Assembly: GCA_004295085.1 (NCBI GenBank)
Contig: SHNF01000006.1
Coordinates: 3,280-67,279 of the forward strand
Source: Planctomycetota bacterium
GTDB lineage: Bacteria > Planctomycetota > UBA1135
Reading direction: 5' to 3'
DNA: 64,000 nt
Shown: one piece after another, positions 35,659 to 44,501 of the stretch
How positions within the stretch are numbered: the stretch's first letter is position 1
Layout: each line of letters opens with the position of its first letter
The notes under the pieces: generated by a model
Database searches by the model: none
The model's input: only the letters and a program-made list of their open reading frames with translations
What the model was told of the DNA's origin: nothing
Translations under genes and position numbers: made by a program

Positions 35659-38556
35659 TCAGTCGGCGGCGCGCTCGAGCAGCTCGCGGTAGTCGGCGCG
35701 GGAGCCGAGCTTCTCCTCGAAGCCCGCGGACGCGAGGGTCTCGCGGTCGATGAAGCCGCCCGCGATGCCGCGCCGCAGGGTCTCGACCGCGGCGTCGGGC
35801 CGGTCGCGGTCGGCCTGGATGTGCGCCAGCAGCGGCAGCGACTTGCCGAGGCGGTCGGCGTGCTCGCGCTCGCCGGTGCGCACCAGCATGCGCTCGTGCC
35901 ACTCGACGGCGCTGCGCGCGGAAGACTCCGCCGCCTCCACGTCTCCGCGCGCCACCTGGTAGCGGGCGAGGTTGTCGTAGAAGGTCCCGACCTGCGCCAT
36001 GTGGCCGAGCTGCGGCTTGGGCCGCGACAGAAGCTGCTCCCAGGAGGCGCGCGCGCCGGCCCATAACGCGTCGGCCCGCTCGTACTCGCCGCGCGAACCG
36101 AGCCGGTGCGCCAGCTCCGACTGCAGCATGGCGAGGTAGAAGACGATGGGGTCGCTGTCCGGCAGCCGCTCGCGCGCCCCGCGGCCGGCGTCGATCGCCG
36201 CCTGCAGGACCTCCTCGGCGCGGGGCTCGTCGCCGCTCAGCCGGTACGCCCAGCTCAGGCGCTGCGCGTTCGCCAGGTAGCCGGTGGCGTAGCTCTCGCG
36301 CTGCGGGAACTCGGCGCAGATGCGCGCCAGGATGGCGTCCGCGCGTTCCGCGCGCGGCACCGCGAGCGCCGCGCGGCCGGCGCGGATGTCGGCGTGCGCC
36401 CAGTCGCTCAATACCTTCGAGAGCTGGTTCCGGTGCGCCGGCGACGCCGGGTCGACCTCCTGCGCGCGCTCCAGCAGCCCGACCGCCCGCTCGAAGCTCG
36501 TCGCGTAGTCCGGATCGCGGCCGTAGAAGCCGCCGAAGTAGGCCTGCGTCTGCAGAGCCATCGCCAGCTCGGACATGAGCACGCCGTCGCCGGGGCGGCG
36601 CTGCAGGAGCTCTTCGCACGAGGTGACGGCCCGGCCGACGGCGGCGAGGGCCTGGTCGAGCTCGCCCTCCCGTTGCAGGATGCGCGCCAGCAGCTGCAAG
36701 GCCATCGCCTGGTTGCAAGCCTGGCCGCACGCCGTCTCTTCGTCCGCCGCCGGCGGCTCGGCGAGCATGCTGTCGCAGACCGTGCGGAACTCCTCGAACT
36801 CGCCCGCGGAGAACAGGACGGCCAGGAGCGCGAAGCGTGCCTCGGAGCGCAGGCCGTCCAGCTGCGGTCCCAGGTCCTCCGCCGGCCCGGGCGCGCCGCG
36901 CGGCGCACCCGCGCTGCACAGCTCGAGGGCGCGCCGCGCAGCCAGCTCGGCCTCGTCCAGGTTGCCGAGCTCGCGCTGCAGGCGCGCGACGCGTGTCTGC
37001 GCGCTGATCACGCGCGACGTGAGCGCCGGGTGGCCGCCCTCGCGGGCCAGGAGGCCTTCGTACAGCTCCAGCGCGCGCAGCAGCAGCTTGCGCCGCGCCG
37101 GATCGGCGCCCGGCCGCGCCGCGAACTCCTCGTCGCTGCCCTGGCGCAGCATCTCGTCGATCGCGGCGATCGCGTCCAGCAGGCTCTGCTCGGCCCGCTT
37201 GCGTTCCAGCCCCTCCTTCTCGTAGGCGGCGCGCAGGTCGGAACGCGCGGCCCGCTCCAGCACGCCGTAAGCGATGGGCCCGCCGAGCACCAGGACGCCC
37301 GCCAGCGCCGCCGCGGCCGCCTTGCCGGGCGAGCGCTGGGCCCATCGGCGCGCACGCAGCAGCAGCCCCGGCCGGCGCGCGCGTATGGGCTGGCGCGCCA
37401 GGAAGCGCCGCATGTCGTCGACCAGCGCCTCCATCGACGCGTAGCGGCGGCCCGGATCGGGGTCCATCGCCGTCAGGCAGACGGTTTCGGCGTCCCAGGG
37501 GACCGCCGTGTTCAGGCGGTCGATGGGCACCGGCCGGCCCGCCAGCACGCGGTCGCGGGTGCGCTCGACCGTGTCCGCGGCGTAAGGCGAGCGCAGGGTC
37601 AGCATCTCGTAGAGGGTGACGCCCAGCCCGTACACGTCGGTGCGCGCGTCGATGGCTGCGCCGTCGCCGCGCACCTGCTCGGGCGCCATGTAGGGCAGGG
37701 AGCCCGGCTGCGAGCCGCTGCGCGTGAGCGGGCGCGCCCCCTCCGACCAGGCCAGGCCGAAGTCCAGCACGCGCGCGTGGCCGCCGGGAGTGACCATCAC
37801 GTTGGACGGCTTGATGTCGCGGTGCAGCACGCCGCGCTCGTGCGCGTGAGCCAGGGCCTCGCCCGCCTCCATCATCAAGCGGAAGCAGGCGTCGACCCAG
37901 CCCAGGGCGAAGACGCTGGAGGTCGAGGATCCGCTGCCCGCGCCGCCCGCCAGCGCCGCCTGCATGTCCTTGCCGGAGAGCCGCTCGGGACGGAGCTGGC
38001 CGAGGCGGCGGAGCAGGTGGTCCACGCTGAGACCGGCCACGTACTCCATGGCGAAGTAGGGGACTCCGTGGTCCTCGCCCACCACGTGGATCGACACGAT
38101 GCCGGGATGGTTGAGCCGCGCGACGGCCTCGACCTCGCGCTGGAAACGGGCGCGGGCGCCCGGGAAGAACATCTCGCTCGCGCGGATCAGCTTGAGCGCC
38201 ACGTCACGGCCGAGGCTCTCCTGATGGGCGCGGTAGACGACGCCCATCCCGCCGCGCCCCAGCGGCTCCAGCAGCCGGAAGTCGCCCAGCCTTTCCGGGA
38301 ACTCGCGCGCGCCCGCGCCCGCGTCCCCGCCGCCGTCGTCGAGCATGCCGGTGCGCGCCAGCCACTCCAGCCGCGCGCGCACCGCCGGCGCGAGCTCCGG
38401 GTGCGGGGCGAGCAGCTCCTCGATGAGCGCGGACGCCGGGATCTCCCCCGCTGCGCCCCGCGACTTCCTGCGCTCGTCGAGCGCGTCGAGACAGCGCTCG
38501 ACCAGGCGAAGGACCTCATCCGGACTGCGATCGCCCACGGGCTTCGCAGTGTACAC
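35659..38556 (-). CDS. Ser/Thr protein kinase with one TM segment and a long TPR-like C-terminal region
   Basis: GRGGMGVVYRA, VALK, HRDIKPSN, DFGLA, APE. GTG start at 38556; a GTG 21 nt downstream is also possible. Confidence 0.9.
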   Translation of the reverse strand: MYTAKPVGDRSPDEVLRLVERCLDALDERRKSRGAAGEIPASALIEELLAPHPELAPAVRARLEWLARTGMLDDGGGDAGAGAREFPERLGDFRLLEPLGRGGMGVVYRAHQESLGRDVALKLIRASEMFFPGARARFQREVEAVARLNHPGIVSIHVVGEDHGVPYFAMEYVAGLSVDHLLRRLGQLRPERLSGKDMQAALAGGAGSGSSTSSVFALGWVDACFRLMMEAGEALAHAHERGVLHRDIKPSNVMVTPGGHARVLDFGLAWSEGARPLTRSGSQPGSLPYMAPEQVRGDGAAIDARTDVYGLGVTLYEMLTLRSPYAADTVERTRDRVLAGRPVPIDRLNTAVPWDAETVCLTAMDPDPGRRYASMEALVDDMRRFLARQPIRARRPGLLLRARRWAQRSPGKAAAAALAGVLVLGGPIAYGVLERAARSDLRAAYEKEGLERKRAEQSLLDAIAAIDEMLRQGSDEEFAARPGADPARRKLLLRALELYEGLLAREGGHPALTSRVISAQTRVARLQRELGNLDEAELAARRALELCSAGAPRGAPGPAEDLGPQLDGLRSEARFALLAVLFSAGEFEEFRTVCDSMLAEPPAADEETACGQACNQAMALQLLARILQREGELDQALAAVGRAVTSCEELLQRRPGDGVLMSELAMALQTQAYFGGFYGRDPDYATSFERAVGLLERAQEVDPASPAHRNQLSKVLSDWAHADIRAGRAALAVPRAERADAILARICAEFPQRESYATGYLANAQRLSWAYRLSGDEPRAEEVLQAAIDAGRGARERLPDSDPIVFYLAMLQSELAHRLGSRGEYERADALWAGARASWEQLLSRPKPQLGHMAQVGTFYDNLARYQVARGDVEAAESSARSAVEWHERMLVRTGEREHADRLGKSLPLLAHIQADRDRPDAAVETLRRGIAGGFIDRETLASAGFEEKLGSRADYRELLERAAD

Positions 38557-38564
38557 TGCTTGCG

Positions 38565-39176
38565 ATGGCAGCGCAGCCCGAGCACGGGACCCCGGAACTG
38601 GTCGAGCGCGCGGCGAGCGGCGACGACGTCGCGATCGAGGAGCTCCTGCAGCGCTACCTTCCGCGCGTGCGCGCGTACCTGCGCGTGCGTGCCGGGCGGC
38701 TGCTGCTCGACAAGGAGTCCGCGTCGGATCTCGCCCAGTCGGTGTGCCGGGCCGTGCTCGAGCACGCCGACCTCTTCCACTACGGTCACGAGGACGGATT
38801 CCGCCGCTGGCTGTTCAAGACGGCGGAGCGCAAGGTGGTCGACCGCTACGCCTACTACACGGCCCAGAAGCGCACACCGGAAGCGGGCAGGACCGTTCCC
38901 GACGTCGACATCGACGCGACGCTCTCCGTGTACGCCGGCCTGCACACGCCCAGCCGCGACGCGGTGGCGCGCGAGGAGCTGGCGCGCCTCGAGCGGGCCA
39001 TCGAGCGGCTGCCCGAGGAGATGCAGGAGGTCGTCATCCTGGCCAAGATCGCCGGCCTGTCGCGCGACGGGATCGCCGCCGAGCTCGGCAAGAGCGAGGG
39101 CGCGGTGCGCATGACCTTGCACCGGGCGCTGGCGCGGCTCGCCGACAGCATGGCGGGCGCGGACCCGGACGCCTGA
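38565..39176 (+). CDS. ECF-type sigma-70 family factor
   Basis: 203 aa with region 2-like (DLAQSVCRAVLEH...FRRWLFKTA) and region 4-like (EMQEVVILAKIAGLSRDGIAAELGKSEGAVRMTLHRA) segments. No anti-sigma gene is adjacent. Confidence 0.85.
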   Translation: MAAQPEHGTPELVERAASGDDVAIEELLQRYLPRVRAYLRVRAGRLLLDKESASDLAQSVCRAVLEHADLFHYGHEDGFRRWLFKTAERKVVDRYAYYTAQKRTPEAGRTVPDVDIDATLSVYAGLHTPSRDAVAREELARLERAIERLPEEMQEVVILAKIAGLSRDGIAAELGKSEGAVRMTLHRALARLADSMAGADPDA

Positions 39177-39409
39177 GGGGCGAGCGCGCCGGGCGGGACG
39201 GCGTGCAGCAGCTGCAAGCGCGGTCCGGCCCGAGCACTTGCACCCCAGCAGCACGGTAGTACGATGCGGGCCGCGGCGCTCGATCGCGCGCGGTTCTCTA
39301 CATCATCGCTCCCGTGACGAGCTCTGTTGCACGCGCATCGGCGTCAGGACTTCCGTGAAGACTTGATGGCCGGTTCCTTCTTCCACTTCCCAAGCCAACC
39401 CACACACCC

Positions 39410-39736
39410 ATGTCTGCAGCAGATAAGACCCTGGCGAACCTCGAGGCTCGCGTCGCGCAGCTGGAAGCGATCGCGACCCGGAGTCCCAGCCGGCAGCCCT
39501 TCCCCTTCCCTTACGACCCCGCGCCGGACGATTGGGGGTGGCGCTTCCCGCGCCGGTTCTGGGATCGGCCCCGGCCCGGTCCCGAGCCCGAGCCCGGTGA
39601 TCCCGTGCCCTTCGACATCTCCCGGTTCACGCGCTCGCAGCTCGAGCTGACGCGGGAAGGCATCAAGGGCGAGATGATCCGGCTGGAAGGGGTGCTCAAG
39701 ATCGTCGAAAGCCAGCTTGGATCCATGTCGCGGTAG
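39410..39736 (+). CDS. Small hypothetical protein with coiled-coil ends and a Trp/Phe/Pro-rich centre
   Basis: 108 aa with GC3-rich codons and no SD. The centre reads PFPFPYDPAPDDWGWRFPRRFWDRPRPGPEPEPGDPVPFD. Confidence 0.5.
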   Translation: MSAADKTLANLEARVAQLEAIATRSPSRQPFPFPYDPAPDDWGWRFPRRFWDRPRPGPEPEPGDPVPFDISRFTRSQLELTREGIKGEMIRLEGVLKIVESQLGSMSR

Positions 39737-39811
39737 GACCTCGAGGGCCTGCGGTATTCCGGTCGCGGACGAGGTGCCGCAGGCCACCGCCAATTCTTTC
39801 GTGAGTCTCCC

Positions 39812-41494
39812 ATGAACATCATTCCTCACCTCGTCACCGGCCGCCCGCAGCGCGTTCTGCTGGTCGGTTTCCAGGACCAGGACAACCTCGGCCTGCGCTA
39901 CCTGATGTCGGCCACGCGGGCGGCCGGCCATCTGCCGGAGATCCACACCTATGACACCGAGCCTGCGTCGCTCATCGCCAGGGTCAAGTCCCTTCAGCCG
40001 GATGTGATCGGCTTCTCGCTGATCTTCCAGTACATGGCGCCGAGCTTCGGCCAGGTGATCACGGCGCTCCGCGAGGCCGGCGTCACCGCCCACATCACCA
40101 TGGGCGGCCACTACCCCAGCTTCGACTACCAGGAGGTCCTGCGGCGCATCCCCGGGCTGGATTCGGTCGTGCGCTACGAGGGCGAGCTGACGCTGGTCGA
40201 CCTCCTCCACCACCTCGCCGCGGGTTCCGATTGGCGCTCCATTCCCGGCCTCGCCGGCCGCACCGCGGACGGCCAGGTCACCTCCAGCCCGCTGCGCGAG
40301 CCCGTTGCCGACCTGGACGCCCTGCCTCACCCGGACCGTGCTTCGATCGACTACGAGGGGAGCTTTCTCCCGACCGCTTCCATCCTGGGGAGCCGCGGCT
40401 GCCCCTGGGATTGCAGCTTCTGCAGCATCCGGCCTTTCTACGAGGCTCAAGGCGGCCCCCTGCGCCGCCTGCGCAAGCCGGAGGCGATCGTGGCGGAGAT
40501 GATCGAGCTGGTCGAGCGCCGCGGGGTCTCCACCTTCCTGTTCCAGGACGACGACTTCCTGGCCACCGGTCCGCGCGCCCGGCAATGGGCCGCCCAGATC
40601 GCCGGCCTGCTCCAGGCCTCCGGACACGCCGGCTCCGTGCGCTTCAAGATCAGCTGCCGCTCCGACGAGGTGCACGAGGACAACCTCAGGCAGCTGATGG
40701 CCGGCGGACTGACGCACGTCTACATGGGCGTGGAATCCGGTGACGAGATCGGGCTGAGCAACATGAACAAGATGCTGACGCCGGCCGCCCATCTCGAGGC
40801 GGGCCGCGTCCTGAAGCGGCTGGGATTGTCCTTCGACTTCGGCTTCATGCTCCTCGACCCGTACTCCACCTTCGACCAGGTCCTGGCGAACATCCGCTTC
40901 CTCGAGGACTTCGTGGGCGATGGCTACGCCGTGGCCCCTTTCTGCAGCATGCTCCCGTATGCCGGCACTCCGCTCCGCGCCAAGCTCGAGCAGGAAGGCC
41001 GGCTGCTGGGCACTCCCTTCGACCCGGACTACCACTTCCTCGACCCCAAGCTCGATTTCTTCTACGACTGGATGCTGCACACGTTCCACCGGCGGAATTT
41101 CACCAATGAAGGGCTGTGCCACCTGCTCCGCTTCTCCCTCTTCGAGGCCCGTCTCGATCGCGACCCGAACTCCGCCACCGCCGGGAAAGCGCTGGCCTAC
41201 CTGCAGTACATCACGTCGGTCTGCAACCGCCAGGCGTGCAATACCCTGCGCGCGGCCGTGAGCCACATCCAGGAAACTCCGCTGCACAGCCTGGAGCAGG
41301 ACCGCTCGCACATGGATGGATTGACCGCGCTGGAATGGCGGGCACAAGCGCGCCTGACCCGCGAGCACGAGGCGTACCGCCGCTGGTTCGACGCGGAGCT
41401 GCCCGCAGGACGCCGCCTGCGCGACGCCGGCTTCGACAAGTCCTGGACCCTGCGTACAGGAGACCGCGAAGCCGCCGGCATCGGCGCCGCATGA
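39812..41494 (+). CDS. B12-binding-domain radical SAM protein with a ~200-aa C-terminal extension
   Basis: The N-terminal VLLVGFQDQDNLGLRYL... region is B12-domain-like. It has the radical-SAM motif SRGCPWDCSFC and is 560 aa. Confidence 0.9.
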   Translation: MNIIPHLVTGRPQRVLLVGFQDQDNLGLRYLMSATRAAGHLPEIHTYDTEPASLIARVKSLQPDVIGFSLIFQYMAPSFGQVITALREAGVTAHITMGGHYPSFDYQEVLRRIPGLDSVVRYEGELTLVDLLHHLAAGSDWRSIPGLAGRTADGQVTSSPLREPVADLDALPHPDRASIDYEGSFLPTASILGSRGCPWDCSFCSIRPFYEAQGGPLRRLRKPEAIVAEMIELVERRGVSTFLFQDDDFLATGPRARQWAAQIAGLLQASGHAGSVRFKISCRSDEVHEDNLRQLMAGGLTHVYMGVESGDEIGLSNMNKMLTPAAHLEAGRVLKRLGLSFDFGFMLLDPYSTFDQVLANIRFLEDFVGDGYAVAPFCSMLPYAGTPLRAKLEQEGRLLGTPFDPDYHFLDPKLDFFYDWMLHTFHRRNFTNEGLCHLLRFSLFEARLDRDPNSATAGKALAYLQYITSVCNRQACNTLRAAVSHIQETPLHSLEQDRSHMDGLTALEWRAQARLTREHEAYRRWFDAELPAGRRLRDAGFDKSWTLRTGDREAAGIGAA

Positions 41495-41610
41495 GGAGGC
41501 GTCCTGCGCGCCGTTGACCCCAACGCCGTCCGCCGGCCGCCCGCCCGCGTCGACCTCGAGTAGCTCGCTGCGGCCGTGGAGTCCGCGCGGCCCATAAAAT
41601 CGCGCCAGGC

Positions 41611-43851
41611 ATGGCCGACCCCCTGGCACGGGCCCTCGTGGACGCCGCAATGGAGTTCCATCGCCGCCGCCCGTGGACGCGGCTCGACGGGGACGCAGCG
41701 TTCCTGATCCGCGTGCCGGATGAGGAGCTGCCCCTGGCGGCGAGCGTCATGGGCCAGAACGCCAGCGAGTACGGCCTGATGCTGCTGCGCGGCACCCGGG
41801 CCTTCTCGATCATGCTGCGCATGATCCTCGACGACGAGGGCCCGGAGGATGTGGTCCACGACTGGGACATGCTGAGCGCGACCTTCGAGCCGTTCGGCAT
41901 GATTGCGGACGAGCTGCGGCGGCCCTTGCGCGAAGCCGGCTTCTCGGCCCGGCGCGAGAACATCGCGCCCGTCTTCATGGTCAAGCGCCCGGCACGCAAC
42001 GCGCGCCCACCCAACCGGACGGAGATGCGCCTGCTGCTGCGGTGCCTGCGCGGAGTGCTGGCGGCCGACGATGCCGGGCAGCTCGCACCGGTGCCGCTGC
42101 GCCGCAAGCGCCGCCGCGTGTTCGAGCTGGCCCTGGCGCCGGAGGGAGGCGGGCGGCAGGTGAGCACCGGCCTGGTGCCCTGGCCTCCGGTGCCGGACGA
42201 AGCCCCGGCCGCGCTCGACCCCGGCCCCGGCCTGGAAGCCCTGCCGCGCCGCGGCGGCCGCTGGTTCGCCACCTTGATCACGGCCCCGGGACAGATCCGC
42301 GGCGACGACCGCGTCCTGCGCATCTTCGTGGTGGTGGACACCGGGCAGGCGCAGGTGCTCGCCCACGAGGTGCTGCTCGGCGCGGACCTGCAGCCGGCTG
42401 CCGCGGCCCTCGGCCGCCTGCTGCGCGGTGAGGTTCCGGGGCAGCCGCGAGGTCTCCCGCAGCGCATCGGCTTCGATATCGACAGCCTGCAGCGGGCGTT
42501 CGCCCCGGCGCTGCAGGCGCTGGACGTGGAAGCGGCCGCGGAACCCGCACCTCCCTTCCTGGCCGAGCTCGGTCGCGAGCTGAGCGCCCGCAGCGGCCTG
42601 GAGCCCGGCGGGGACGGCGGCCTGCCGCAGGACATGGCCGCATGGAAGGAGGCCGACCGGCTGTGCACCGAGTTCCTGCTGCGCGAGCTCGAGCAAGTGG
42701 CGAAGTCCCGCGCCATCACGCGCTACTTCGGCAGCAAGGAGGAAGCCCGGCGGATCCTGGAGGAGCTGGAGGATCTCTCGCCTTATGGAGCTTTCGTCGA
42801 ATGGTTCGTCAGCGACTATCGCGCCACCCACCGATCGCAGACGCTCGTCGAAAAGCTCCTGGCCTCGAACCGCCTCAACCCGGCGGCGCGCGTCCTGCTC
42901 GAGGCGCGCCGCGACGCCGAGCTTTCGGTCTACCGCGTCGACGCCTGCGTGCCCGGCGCCACCCTGGAGGTCGAGGACATCTTCACCGGCGAGCGACACA
43001 CCGTGCACGACCGCAGCATGTCCGGCTGCGGCCTCGAGGGCTACTTCCTTCCCTTGCGCCTGACGCGCGTCGCCGATTGGATCTTTCCCTGCTTCGCCGG
43101 GCCCCCGCTGAACGAGTCCCATGTGTCCAGACTCCTCCCGCTTCTCGAAGTCGCGCGCGTGGAGGCCGGAGCCGCCGGCCCGCGCCCTTCCGCGCACGCG
43201 CTCGGCCGGGTCTGGAGCTGGTACCTCCGCAGCCGCAGCCAGAAGATCGAGCTGCGGAACACGGACGGGGACCCGCTCGAGCTGCTCGTCGCCGAGTTCC
43301 GCGTCGCCGACGCGGCGGCCCTGCAGCGGGCCCTGGCGGCGCGCGGAGACCTAGAAGGCGAGGGCGACGGCACCTGGACGTGGACGCGCCCGGGTCCGCC
43401 GGCGCCCGGGGCCGGAGACAACACGATCCTCGGCCACCTCGAGCTCCACGACGACCGCCTGCTCCTGGAGGTGAACTCGCGGCGCCGCCTGGAGCGGGCG
43501 CGGCAATGGCTGGAAGCGATCCCGGGGGTCCGCTTCGGGAGCTCGCGCGCGCAGGCGCTCGAGCCGGACCAGCTTCCGCCCGACGACCGCTTGCCGCCCG
43601 GACCGCCGGCGCCGATGGCGCCGGAGCTGCGCCAGGCCCTGGAGCAGCGACTCGAGAGCATGTACCGGGCCTGGCTCGACGAGACGGTGCCGGCGCTCGG
43701 CAACCGCTCGCCGCGCCAGGCCTGCGCCACGCCCGAGGGCCGGCGCCGGGTCGCCGCCCTCATCCGAAGCATGGCGCCGGTGCACACCAACGGCGGGCCG
43801 ATCGATCCGCCGCGCGCCCTGCTGCTGCGCGAGCTGGGCCTGGAGTCCTGA
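41611..43851 (+). CDS. Large hypothetical protein (746 aa)
   Basis: Sensible composition throughout. The C-terminal WLDETVPALGNRSPRQACATPEGRRRVAALI resembles a helical module seen at the end of many uncharacterised proteins (DUF2384-like). No catalytic motif was recognised. Confidence 0.75.
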   Translation: MADPLARALVDAAMEFHRRRPWTRLDGDAAFLIRVPDEELPLAASVMGQNASEYGLMLLRGTRAFSIMLRMILDDEGPEDVVHDWDMLSATFEPFGMIADELRRPLREAGFSARRENIAPVFMVKRPARNARPPNRTEMRLLLRCLRGVLAADDAGQLAPVPLRRKRRRVFELALAPEGGGRQVSTGLVPWPPVPDEAPAALDPGPGLEALPRRGGRWFATLITAPGQIRGDDRVLRIFVVVDTGQAQVLAHEVLLGADLQPAAAALGRLLRGEVPGQPRGLPQRIGFDIDSLQRAFAPALQALDVEAAAEPAPPFLAELGRELSARSGLEPGGDGGLPQDMAAWKEADRLCTEFLLRELEQVAKSRAITRYFGSKEEARRILEELEDLSPYGAFVEWFVSDYRATHRSQTLVEKLLASNRLNPAARVLLEARRDAELSVYRVDACVPGATLEVEDIFTGERHTVHDRSMSGCGLEGYFLPLRLTRVADWIFPCFAGPPLNESHVSRLLPLLEVARVEAGAAGPRPSAHALGRVWSWYLRSRSQKIELRNTDGDPLELLVAEFRVADAAALQRALAARGDLEGEGDGTWTWTRPGPPAPGAGDNTILGHLELHDDRLLLEVNSRRRLERARQWLEAIPGVRFGSSRAQALEPDQLPPDDRLPPGPPAPMAPELRQALEQRLESMYRAWLDETVPALGNRSPRQACATPEGRRRVAALIRSMAPVHTNGGPIDPPRALLLRELGLES

Positions 43852-43859
43852 GTCGGGCT

Positions 43860-44408
43860 GTGGCGCTGACTCACGATCTGCTGCGCAGCATGGCCGGGGC
43901 GCGCGTCTTCCGCCGCGGAGCGGAATACCACGATGCAGGCCGCGTCGCCGCGGTGGACCTGCAGGAAGGCGTGCTGCGTGCGAATGTCCTAGGCAGCACC
44001 GAATACGCCGTGGCGCTCTGGATCGAACGCGGTTCGCTGGAGTATTCCTGCACCTGTCCGCTGGGCCGCGACGGCTCCTTCTGCAAGCACTGCGTCGCCG
44101 CCGGCCTGGCGTGGCTGGCGCGCGTGCAAGGGGCCCGGCAGGGACCGAAACCGCCCGCCCTGCCCGCGGTGACCATGGACGACGTCCGGGCCTGGCTCGC
44201 GCGCCAGGAGAAGGCCAAGCTGGAGCAACTGCTGCTGCGGCACGCGGACCAGGATGACGACCTGCGGCGGCAGCTCCTGCTGCAAGCCGCCCTGCACGCG
44301 CCGCAGGGTCCGGACATCGCCAGCTTCCGCGGCATCGTGGCCGAGATGCGAGGCGTAACCTGCTGCCGGTCATTTCGTCATCTGTGTTGCCTGATCTCCT
44401 GGACTTGA
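43860..44408 (+). CDS. SWIM zinc-finger protein, probably 3'-truncated
   Basis: GTG 43860. SWIM CxCx(n)CxH motif in LEYSCTCPLGRDGSFCKHCVAAGLAWL. From ~44349 the codons become A/T-ending (cga gta tca ttt cgt cat tgt act) and the ORF stops 20 codons later. Confidence 0.7.
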   Translation: MALTHDLLRSMAGARVFRRGAEYHDAGRVAAVDLQEGVLRANVLGSTEYAVALWIERGSLEYSCTCPLGRDGSFCKHCVAAGLAWLARVQGARQGPKPPALPAVTMDDVRAWLARQEKAKLEQLLLRHADQDDDLRRQLLLQAALHAPQGPDIASFRGIVAEMRGVTCCRSFRHLCCLISWT

Positions 44409-44433
44409 CGCACGAGGGAATGCAGGATAGATT
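44405..44433 (+). promoter_or_regulatory. Sigma-70-like promoter candidate for the XRE-ImmA gene
   Basis: TTGACG-N17-TAGATT lies in the AT-rich junction. The GATAgatTATC dyad and the repeated ATAGATT/ATAGGATT could be operator sites. Confidence 0.4.
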
Positions 44434-44501
44434 ATCAATCAAATTAATGCGGTTCAAGATAAATCACGATAGGATTGCCGGCGGATGGCAGGAGCGCCCA
44501 C

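Noticed and set aside
39285-39320. ECF-type promoter look-alike GGTTCT-N15-CGTGAC upstream of the small Trp/Pro-rich ORF
   Set aside because: It lacks the AAC core of typical ECF -35 elements, and the spacing is off. It is not distinguishable from chance in GC-rich DNA.
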